NCBI GenBank assembly: GCA_002480645.1 | Contig: DLCN01000003.1 | Coordinates: 276,355-308,354 of the forward strand | DNA length: 32,000 bases | Reading direction: 5' to 3' | DNA from: Balneolaceae bacterium UBA7797 | Lineage (GTDB): Bacteria > Bacteroidota > Rhodothermia > Balneolales > Balneolaceae | Part shown: positions 25,801 through 32,000 of the stretch, one piece after another | Layout of the letters: each line of letters starts with the position of its first letter | Position numbering within the stretch: position 1 is the stretch's first letter | Notes under the pieces: generated by a model | Seen by the model: only the letters and a program-made list of their open reading frames with translations | Database searches by the model: none | What the model was told of the DNA's origin: nothing | Program-made: the position numbers and the translations under genes

Positions 25801-28800
25801 GAACTCGTACATTCGGAGTAATTGTACTGCTCTCATTAGATGTGGATGGTTGCTGATCAAATTCCATGGATACCTGAGTACCCGGAACCATGGTCAACGT
25901 ACCATAATTGGTGGCACCACCCAGACCGGTAGTTCCCAGGTTTACGATATTACCGCTGTTTGGCAGAATACCCGTGGTAGGGCGTACCCTGAAATCAGCA
26001 AAAGTAATTTCTGCAGGATTTGTAGTCGATTCTCCCGAAATCGTAAAGGTGATCTGAGAACTGGAACGGCTGGTAAGTGAAATAGTCAGATCGGTGCTGC
26101 CCCCAAAAGCAGAAGCCACCGTAGCCGATGGGGCTGACCCGCCGGTATCCCATTCAAATCCTGAAGGAGCTTTAAATATAAATGTACCACCGGTGCCGAA
26201 TTCACCGATGAAGCTTTCCTGAACCCTTGGTCCCGTAAGCGTGGTATAAGTTACATTGGCATCATCTGCTGAAATTGCTTCACCACCGGTTGCAGGCGTG
26301 AGTGTACGAATGGAAATGCCATATTTGGTAGAAAGGTAATCCTCGATCTCCATTTGTTCATCAAGATCAATATCTCTGCCATAAAGTACCATCTCAGAGA
26401 TCAATCCATCCCAACTGGTATTATTATCTTGTGTTCCCTGCCCGATTATAGCGGTTGAAACCTGAGTTAATACCCCGGTTGGGATATTTTGAGAGAAAGT
26501 CGGATTACTTAATACACCATCAATGTACATCTCGTAATTCTCCTCCGAGGTCCAACGAAGCATCACGATCTGACCGACAGTGGTTTGTGCACTTTCAAAA
26601 CTCTCGAGCGAAAAGGCCGGATTTGTACCCAGATCACGCATACCAACGGTTATTACATCATCAGAACCACCATTGTCTCCGGTATCGTCATATCTGATGC
26701 TGAAGTATTGATCGATCCCGGAGGCGTCAGGGGTATAGGTTGTCCAGAAACCCCGATCTGTATTGATAACATCCGATTCTATCACAAAGAAAATAGTAAG
26801 CTCATCCAACCCGCTCAGGTATTGAGTTTCTGCATCCGAATCTTCCAGTCGTACATTTGAACCTCCGCCCGGAAATTCAATACCATTCTGATCGTTAATG
26901 GAAGACTGTGCCGTTTGCAGGATAGGAGGAGTAGCTCCGGAAGTGATGAAATGATTTGCATTTCCACTTTGATCTTCCCAGCGACCTACATCATCACCGT
27001 TTCCACTGGCGGTGGTTCCACCGGTTGTTGTGTACGTTCCGGCATCAGCTTTTAACCAGACCAGCAGATCGCTTACCGATTTCGGGATACTGAAAGAAAT
27101 GTTTCTCGTCTCAGTGTTACTGTCATCTGTTCCATCATTAACCGTGATACTTACAACACGGGGTTGATCGGTTGGGGTGGTGATCGTATTCCGATACATC
27201 ACTGTTTGTAAGGCGGATTGAAAATCTGATTTAGAAGCTGGCCCTGTCAGAGTTAAAGTACCTGTTCCATCATTCCAGCTACCTGTGATCCCAAAGATGG
27301 TTGTAAACACCAGAGTATCTTCGGCACTGTCATAATTGGTGGTAATCTGAAAGGTAGCCGTCTCAATATTTGTATCATCCGGATCGGTTAAAGTGATTGT
27401 TTCAGTAACTGTGGAAGAATCACCGGATTGATAGAAAATGGTCTCCGTTTCAATATCATCCAATATAGGCGCAGTATTTACGCTGGCTACAGAAATGTCT
27501 CTGGTAATACCCGTTGCACTGCTATCAGTTCCATCATAGATACGGTACTCAATAGTTCTGTCGAGCGAGGTAACCGGATCAGAACTGGTATTTTCGTAAG
27601 TAACAGAACGAAGTGCAGATTGATAATTGGCAACCGTACTGGTTCCTGTTAATGTGAGGATCCCGGTCATGGCATCAAATGAACTCGTGATACCGAAAGA
27701 ATCAGTGAAATCAAGTTCATCTTCTCCAAGAAAATAATTGTTTATAAAACTTACTGTGGCACCTTCCAGGTTGGAATCATCGGAGTCGGTTGCAACGATG
27801 GTAGCAGTGGTGGCAACAGCACCATCACCTTCAGTGTATGCAAGTGTTGTGCCTTCAATAGCAGAAAGGACCGGAGCCGAATTGCTACCCTGAATCTCTA
27901 TATCCCGGGTAATTGCCCCACTGGATCCATCCCAGTCATAAGCGGTAAAACTGATCTCACGGGTTGTTTCGGAAGGACTGGTAGCATCTGTATTCTGGTA
28001 AGTGACGGTACGAACTGCTGTCTGATAATTTGAGAGGGTGGTAGTACCACTGAGTGTTAATATTCCGGTGGTTCCATTCCACGAACCGGTTATGCCCAGC
28101 ATATCTACAAAAGCCAGGACATCTTCGGTGGCATCAAAACCGCTTGTGATGCTTACACGGATTGAGTCAAGATCCGTATCGTCAGCATCGGACACTGTAA
28201 TTGAAGAGGTGATCGTTGTTGCAGCATCGCCTTCATTGTAGGTAAGTGCAGTGTCTTCTATATCAGCGAGAACAGGAGGTTCATTGAACCATTTTTCACT
28301 CAGATATCCGTATATATTGGTGAAGTCGGAAGAAGAAAAAGCTGCATTCCAGGAAGCAAATTCAGCAACATATCCATCGAAGTTATTCGTTCCGGCAGGG
28401 TTACCTCCCAGTGTAACGGGATCCACGGTTCCGTTCTCTTCACCAATCATGGCTCCACCGGCATGTGCCTGCTGGACATCAGCGCTGGCCAAAGTGGTAA
28501 CGGTGCCTCCATTTATATTTGCTTCCCAAACTCTTGAAGCTAGTGTTCCGGAGGTGGCATCATGACTTGCTAAAATAATATAAGACGAATTAGGTACAAC
28601 AGTTCCCAGGTCAATGGATTTATACTGATTACCTGATCCCCATTCCGCATTATTCCATACAAATGCATATGCATTTCCATCTTTAATACTGATCTGATAC
28701 CCACGGGTACCACCCCCTTGCTCATATACCATTTGCAATCCGCTTACGCTGGTTCCGGTTCTGAACATGATCGCAAATGATTTTTCCGTATAGCTGGCTG

Positions 28801-30931
28801 TATTTAACAGGGCGTCATTGGGAGGATCGATATCGTCGGTAGAGCCATCAAAATAGAGCGCACCACGATCGCCAAGATAAGTTGGGTCGAATAAAGGTTG
28901 ATCGGATGCGGTTCCCTGAGTAGCGGTGAGATCGGTCGAGCTTCCACCGGCGTTATCGGAGCGGTCGCCCCAGGAAGACAGATTTGTAGCTGTTCCGGGT
29001 TGATCTCCGGTATCCAGATCTCCATCCACATCCTGGGCATCATAGTGGAATACTCCATTAGATTTATAAGTTGCCAGATCAGAAATAGCAGTTGGATATT
29101 CAATATCTCTGGAAACGGTGGAACTGGTTGCCGTTCCGTCACTTGCACTAAATGAAATTGTACGGGTACTCATGGTTGGAGAACCACTCACATTTTCATA
29201 GGTAACCGTTCTTAGCGCATTCTGGTAGTTGGATACCAGTGTTGATCCTGTAAGTTTTAAACGACCTGTTGTTTCATTCCAGGATCCGGTGATCCCATAA
29301 GAATCGGTGAAATAAAGCGTGTCTTCGGAGGAAACATATCCGGAGGAAATCTGAACAAAAGCACTATCTAAAGTTGTATCGTCGATGTCATCAACTTCCA
29401 GCGTATTACTGATCTGTTTTTGTCCGTTTCCGGCGTAGTAAATGATCGAAGTTGATTCAATATTAGAAAGAGTAGGGGCATTGTTAACTTTGGTAACCGA
29501 GATATTCCTTGTCCTGGTATTACTGTCGTCTGTGCCGTCATTAACGGTGAAGCTTATGGTTCTGGTAAGTTCTGATGGCGAGCCACTGGTATTTTCATAG
29601 GTAACACTGCGCAATGCAGTCTGATAATTTGCCAGAGAGGATGAGCCGGTTAAGGTTAGAATGCCGGTTGAAGAAGCGTAGCTGCCGGTGATCCCTAATT
29701 GATCTACAAAAGCAAGCTGGTCTTCACCCGCAGCAAAATTCGAAGTGATCTGAATAGTAGCACTTTGCAGGTTAGTGTCATCTCCATCTTTAACGATGAT
29801 GGAAGAAGTAATGGCGGTAGGTGAATCTCCCGAATTATAGGCAAGTGTGCTGCTTTCAATATTACTTAATACCGGCTCTGTATTGATCAGAGTAATAAAG
29901 GTACCCGGACTACTTTGATTATTATATTCGGTAGCTACCCAATCGGCACTACGCGTTACATTCGAAATTCGTACCTCATCCATTCTTCCTTCAAACGGAT
30001 AAGATGGGGTGGTTAGGTAGAGTGGGTCATTATTAGTATTAAAAGAAGCAGCGGAATTATCACTTGCAAGTACTGCACCGTTCTTGTAGATCACACGATC
30101 GCCATTCGAAGCCCTTGTAAAAGTGAGGTAGGTCCAAACGTTACTACTTAACTGGAAGAAACCGGAAGCCAGAGCATCATTATTTACCTGATAGGCGATC
30201 CTGCCGTAAACATCCACCCAGGTTGAGTATCCATCTGTATAATCACCTTTAGTGACAAAATCAGGACCTTCATTTCGGTTTGTAATATTGACCCAGAATG
30301 AAATGGTGATATTCCCTGTAATATCAAGTGGTGAAACACCAGCATCTGCCACGGAGATTATATCCCCCTGATTAGTACCAAACTGACGGGAGCGTGCGAT
30401 CTGACCCGCAGCATCCGACGTTCCGCTATCGGTAGCGTCGGTGCCTTCACCGGAATAATCGTCGGTGTCGCCGGTAAGGTGAAGTACCATTTTATAATTT
30501 GAGTCCCATACGTTTACCGTGGATTGATCGGTTGAGATGCCGGAATTGCCAAAGTGTATATAAAATTCGGTATCGGTAGTGGGAGAGAGTGTTGGAAAGC
30601 GAACCCAGGCTATGAGTTCACCGGTAGTTGCATTATAAGATTCAAGCTGATGGCTTAACAGGGTGGAACCGTTGGACGATGTGAATACAATATCGTAGCC
30701 ATTTGAATTCTCAACCAGACCACCGTTTGCTACTGTTCTGAGGTCATTATTAGTTAGGCTTACAAGCACAGGAAAGTTACTCAGATCAGAACTTCCAGAG
30801 ACCTGAGAAGAATTAACCTGAGCTTTTAAACGACTTGTGTAGCCCGTTAATTGAGCAAATACATTCTGCTGGTAAGCAGCCAGCATTTGTACTACAATTA
30901 TTAAAAATAATAACTTGAAATACCGCCTCAT
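22895..30931 (-). CDS. Giant (2678 aa) T9SS-sorted modular surface protein: DUF2341-like, LamG-like, five cadherin-like repeats, BIG1/invasin-like domains, type A C-terminal sorting domain
   Basis: Signal peptide; SDLSNFPVLVSLTNNDL (DUF2341-like); repeated N.APVLS.IE...L.Y..GD...TSG..GITGSWN..TG.LTLTG....YQ.ALR.VTYEN units; FIVDQYGNAV/LKDHYENNL BIG1-like; C-terminal YLDQNYPNPFNPSTIIPYG...YDILGRKVKTLVN...SGVYFYRLVTDSKNIVKRFTLIK. Confidence 0.9.
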   Translation of the reverse strand: MRRYFKLLFLIIVVQMLAAYQQNVFAQLTGYTSRLKAQVNSSQVSGSSDLSNFPVLVSLTNNDLRTVANGGLVENSNGYDIVFTSSNGSTLLSHQLESYNATTGELIAWVRFPTLSPTTDTEFYIHFGNSGISTDQSTVNVWDSNYKMVLHLTGDTDDYSGEGTDATDSGTSDAAGQIARSRQFGTNQGDIISVADAGVSPLDITGNITISFWVNITNRNEGPDFVTKGDYTDGYSTWVDVYGRIAYQVNNDALASGFFQLSSNVWTYLTFTRASNGDRVIYKNGAVLASDNSAASFNTNNDPLYLTTPSYPFEGRMDEVRISNVTRSADWVATEYNNQSSPGTFITLINTEPVLSNIESSTLAYNSGDSPTAITSSIIVKDGDDTNLQSATIQITSNFAAGEDQLAFVDQLGITGSYASSTGILTLTGSSSLANYQTALRSVTYENTSGSPSELTRTISFTVNDGTDDSNTRTRNISVTKVNNAPTLSNIESTSIIYYAGNGQKQISNTLEVDDIDDTTLDSAFVQISSGYVSSEDTLYFTDSYGITGSWNETTGRLKLTGSTLVSNYQNALRTVTYENVSGSPTMSTRTISFSASDGTATSSTVSRDIEYPTAISDLATYKSNGVFHYDAQDVDGDLDTGDQPGTATNLSSWGDRSDNAGGSSTDLTATQGTASDQPLFDPTYLGDRGALYFDGSTDDIDPPNDALLNTASYTEKSFAIMFRTGTSVSGLQMVYEQGGGTRGYQISIKDGNAYAFVWNNAEWGSGNQYKSIDLGTVVPNSSYIILASHDATSGTLASRVWEANINGGTVTTLASADVQQAHAGGAMIGEENGTVDPVTLGGNPAGTNNFDGYVAEFASWNAAFSSSDFTNIYGYLSEKWFNEPPVLADIEDTALTYNEGDAATTITSSITVSDADDTDLDSIRVSITSGFDATEDVLAFVDMLGITGSWNGTTGILTLSGTTTLSNYQTAVRTVTYQNTDATSPSETTREISFTAYDWDGSSGAITRDIEIQGSNSAPVLSAIEGTTLAYTEGDGAVATTATIVATDSDDSNLEGATVSFINNYFLGEDELDFTDSFGITSSFDAMTGILTLTGTSTVANYQSALRSVTYENTSSDPVTSLDRTIEYRIYDGTDSSATGITRDISVASVNTAPILDDIETETIFYQSGDSSTVTETITLTDPDDTNIETATFQITTNYDSAEDTLVFTTIFGITGSWNDGTGTLTLTGPASKSDFQSALQTVMYRNTITTPTDQPRVVSITVNDGTDDSNTETRNISFSIPKSVSDLLVWLKADAGTYTTTGGTTASGNGDDVGRWEDQSGNANHFITSGATPPILQTAQSSINDQNGIEFPGGGSNVRLEDSDAETQYLSGLDELTIFFVIESDVINTDRGFWTTYTPDASGIDQYFSIRYDDTGDNGGSDDVITVGMRDLGTNPAFSLESFESAQTTVGQIVMLRWTSEENYEMYIDGVLSNPTFSQNIPTGVLTQVSTAIIGQGTQDNNTSWDGLISEMVLYGRDIDLDEQMEIEDYLSTKYGISIRTLTPATGGEAISADDANVTYTTLTGPRVQESFIGEFGTGGTFIFKAPSGFEWDTGGSAPSATVASAFGGSTDLTISLTSRSSSQITFTISGESTTNPAEITFADFRVRPTTGILPNSGNIVNLGTTGLGGATNYGTLTMVPGTQVSMEFDQQPSTSNESSTITPNVRVQLIDQYGNAVEESRVDISLALNQVSGSGSLAGTTTEQTNLFGIAEFDDINVDAIGTYTLTASSSGLTDTTSTEFDVVTAGELTQFIIQRVPSGNISDKLAGQTFNISIIAADGLQDTVTSFTGTVVVTSNCDIGVGQGTSAAFTSGVLTPKSMMITSTGTCTITATNSSGSETGTSNTFVVSPGSADASTTTITANPTIIQNDGFSTSTITVQLKDHYENNLTTSPSTIALSTTDGTLGSVTNNGDGTYSATLTSSIAAGIATISGTLNGGAINDEATVEFAEFDNVWQSQVGTVTDARNWDDNSNWSTNSVPVSGDKILIPANPSVGNEQPVISSTNTTIELISIESGASVTVSGGIHFVVTDKASGGGSITGSNTDSLSIGGNFDVSDVTLGFVILNGTTNQDVTSPNEYSNLELDNSNGADFFSNLIVNDTLKLTSGTLFMPSGTNLVSNYELYGTGTVRMQRRFQGSRGWRIISSPLDTTYGDFLDGIITQGYSGAFYSTGSNPGDTLQPNVLTYVESYAGTDNQRYRTPTSTSQKVTEGQGMFVYLFGDIPADPLYNDPLPDTLDVEGRAFRGDGAEVDFGITYTTSADSGWNLVGNPYLATIDWDDSPNWTKTNVESTIYIWDPSANGGSGEYLTWNGVTGTHPGGGLIAPFQGFWVKANGNSPVLKVKKEAKTTGGSFMRKTASTDDIQSQDTTKSKEKIAGIPILQLMVESDAGRSKRTNIMFSDEAATGKDTYDAYRLLPLSSSHIEFYTLLDDGTELAINNLPFDFDSRYFIPIQLNAYEGGDPYSGEMTIKWSGLRNIPADWVITLVDNDTGTEINVMEELSYTFFHTTKTKLYSANPRYKSSSIMKKADSKSTRFTLKISTEEIESNVPTEVYLDQNYPNPFNPSTIIPYGVDTNTNVSLIVYDILGRKVKTLVNEIKNPGKYEVTFRADNLASGVYFYRLVTDSKNIVKRFTLIK
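27085..28275 (-). repeat. Three further tandem ~130-aa cadherin-like repeats within the giant protein
   Basis: NEPPVLADIEDTALTYNEGD...; NSAPVLSAIEGTTLAYTEGD...; NTAPILDDIETETIFYQSGD...; each with GITxSxxxxTGxLTLxGxxxxxxxQxAxxxVxYxN. Confidence 0.85.
29090..29890 (-). repeat. Two tandem ~130-aa cadherin-like repeats within the giant protein
   Basis: Repeat 1 NTEPVLSNIESSTLAYNSGD...; repeat 2 NNAPTLSNIESTSIIYYAGN.... Confidence 0.8.
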
Positions 30932-31028
30932 CGAATAATCTCACCTTTAATTTGTACTGTAAAATATAGCTAAATCAATGAGCTTGGCTTGATAATTAGC
31001 CAATTCTAATTTCAGCCCTTTAAATCAG

Positions 31029-32000
31029 TTACTTAAGCAGGGTCATTTTTTTAGTTTCAATACCGTTTTCGGTCGTGAGGCGATAAAAATAAATACCACT
31101 TGAATTTCCCCCTGCATTCCATGTGTAGGTGTGCAGGCCGGCAGGTACTTCACCGTTTACAAGAGTGGTTACTTTTTGTCCGAGAATATTATAAATGGAC
31201 AAGTCTACCACGGTTTGTTTTGGAAGTTCCAGTTCAATAGTGGTTTGAGGATTGAAAGGATTAGGATAGTTTTGAGACAGGGTATAATCAGTAGGGAGTT
31301 CTGCGCCATCTTCTCCGGGTGTAATAATCAGAGTAAATCTGGAAACTGCCGGATCGGCCTTGCTGGTCACTTTTGGTTTTGTTTTGAACGAAAAGTTGGG
31401 AGCGACAGTGCGATTGACCGGGGAAAAATTAAAAGGAATGATATTTCCTTCCTGAAGAGTATAACGATCGCCCGTTGTGTTATCCAAAAGCTGTATCAGC
31501 CAGCTTTCCGGGATATTTCTGAATTGTTGAAATTCCAGATTAAGGGGTTTTTCAACCAGATATCCGGCTTTGTATGCTTCTACATGTAAGGGGATCTCGA
31601 TGGGTATGCCAAATTTTCTGGGCATATTATTGATGGCCATTTTATCTCCGAATTCTGTAATGGCACTGATCTCTAAATAGTCATCAATTCCACTGAGCGG
31701 TAACAATCGGAACGCATCCTGTTGATCTTTGCCAAGGCCGGCGTCTTCGGTGAACATGAAATAAACCACTGATTGGTGATCATCATCAGCCAGTTTGATA
31801 CTGAACATTGGTGGAGCTTCGTCTGTTCGAACTTTACCAACAAAGCTACCTCCGGTGGTTTTGGCGTTTTCATCAACAATAAGAGATGGACCGGCGTCAT
31901 TAGCTTTGATCCAGAAACCCTGAAAAGGAGCGATCAAACCATCGGTCAGATCACCGGTCACGCCATTCCAGGTTTTGTACTGATTGGACGTGTAATCCCA
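31029..32000 (-). CDS. C-terminal part of a second T9SS-sorted protein (5' end beyond the window)
   Basis: Frame open to 32000 (WDYTSNQYKTWNGVTGDLTDG...); listed start at 31961 is an internal GTG. C-terminus YTLSQNYPNPFNPQTTIELELPKQTVVDLSIYNILGQKVTTLVNGEVPAGLHTYTWNAGGNSSGIYFYRLTTENGIETKKMTLLK. Confidence 0.92.
   Translation of the reverse strand, partial: WDYTSNQYKTWNGVTGDLTDGLIAPFQGFWIKANDAGPSLIVDENAKTTGGSFVGKVRTDEAPPMFSIKLADDDHQSVVYFMFTEDAGLGKDQQDAFRLLPLSGIDDYLEISAITEFGDKMAINNMPRKFGIPIEIPLHVEAYKAGYLVEKPLNLEFQQFRNIPESWLIQLLDNTTGDRYTLQEGNIIPFNFSPVNRTVAPNFSFKTKPKVTSKADPAVSRFTLIITPGEDGAELPTDYTLSQNYPNPFNPQTTIELELPKQTVVDLSIYNILGQKVTTLVNGEVPAGLHTYTWNAGGNSSGIYFYRLTTENGIETKKMTLLK

Noticed and set aside
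28251-28565. 104-aa + strand ORF inside the giant gene (and similar ones at 25203, 25787, 26455, 27428, 28038, 28898)
   Set aside because: Antisense shadows of a single 8-kb coding frame with clear repeats; no motifs, RBS or signal features.
30984-31003. TTGGCT-N8-AGCCAA inverted repeat between the two T9SS genes
   Set aside because: Only 6 bp, no T-run, short AT-rich context; could be chance.
1-32000. CRISPR arrays, tRNA/rRNA genes, transposases, prophage genes
   Set aside because: None seen. Repeats in the giant gene are in-frame protein domain repeats, not CRISPR or mobile element repeats.

Overview
The window appears to come from a Balneolota/Rhodothermota/Bacteroidota-like genome. The taxon is inferred from T9SS-type C-terminal sorting domains and Bacteroidota-style promoter motifs. 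It has two halves that converge at a terminator near 5.91 kb. The left, + strand part (1-5.9 kb) is ordinary housekeeping: the 3' part of alaS, then pyruvate dehydrogenase E1-alpha, E1-beta and E2. Everything from 6.0 kb to 32 kb is on the - strand and forms a compact envelope/surface-structure locus. In transcription order it contains: (i) the C-terminal part of a T9SS-sorted protein; (ii) a 2678-aa T9SS-sorted modular protein with DUF2341/LamG-like regions, five ~130-aa cadherin-like repeats and BIG1-like domains; (iii) two tandem copies of a three-gene set of membrane-anchored pseudopilin-like proteins resembling PilV/PilW/PilX but without a canonical prepilin peptidase signal; (iv) a small secreted beta protein; (v) four DUF4402-like secreted subunits, the last with its own Bacteroidota-type promoter and a strong hairpin terminator; (vi) a PapD-like chaperone; (vii) a 999-aa usher-like outer-membrane protein with a C-terminal TPR; (viii) a 626-aa membrane protein that reads as a fusion of a FliF C-terminal (RBM3-like plus TM) region to a full FliG-like N/M/C cytoplasmic region; (ix) a TPR lipoprotein; (x) a flagellar-type MotA homologue; and (xi) a MotB homologue with the conserved TM Asp, an OmpA/MotB domain and three C-terminal SPOR-like repeats. 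Genes vi-xi are almost gapless. The leading hypothesis is a non-flagellar rotary or torque-generating machine (FliF-FliG fusion rotor plus MotAB stator) genetically coupled to a chaperone-usher/DUF4402 fibre and pseudopilin-like proteins. I know of no characterised system with this combination. All homology calls come from reading motifs by eye, without database searches.
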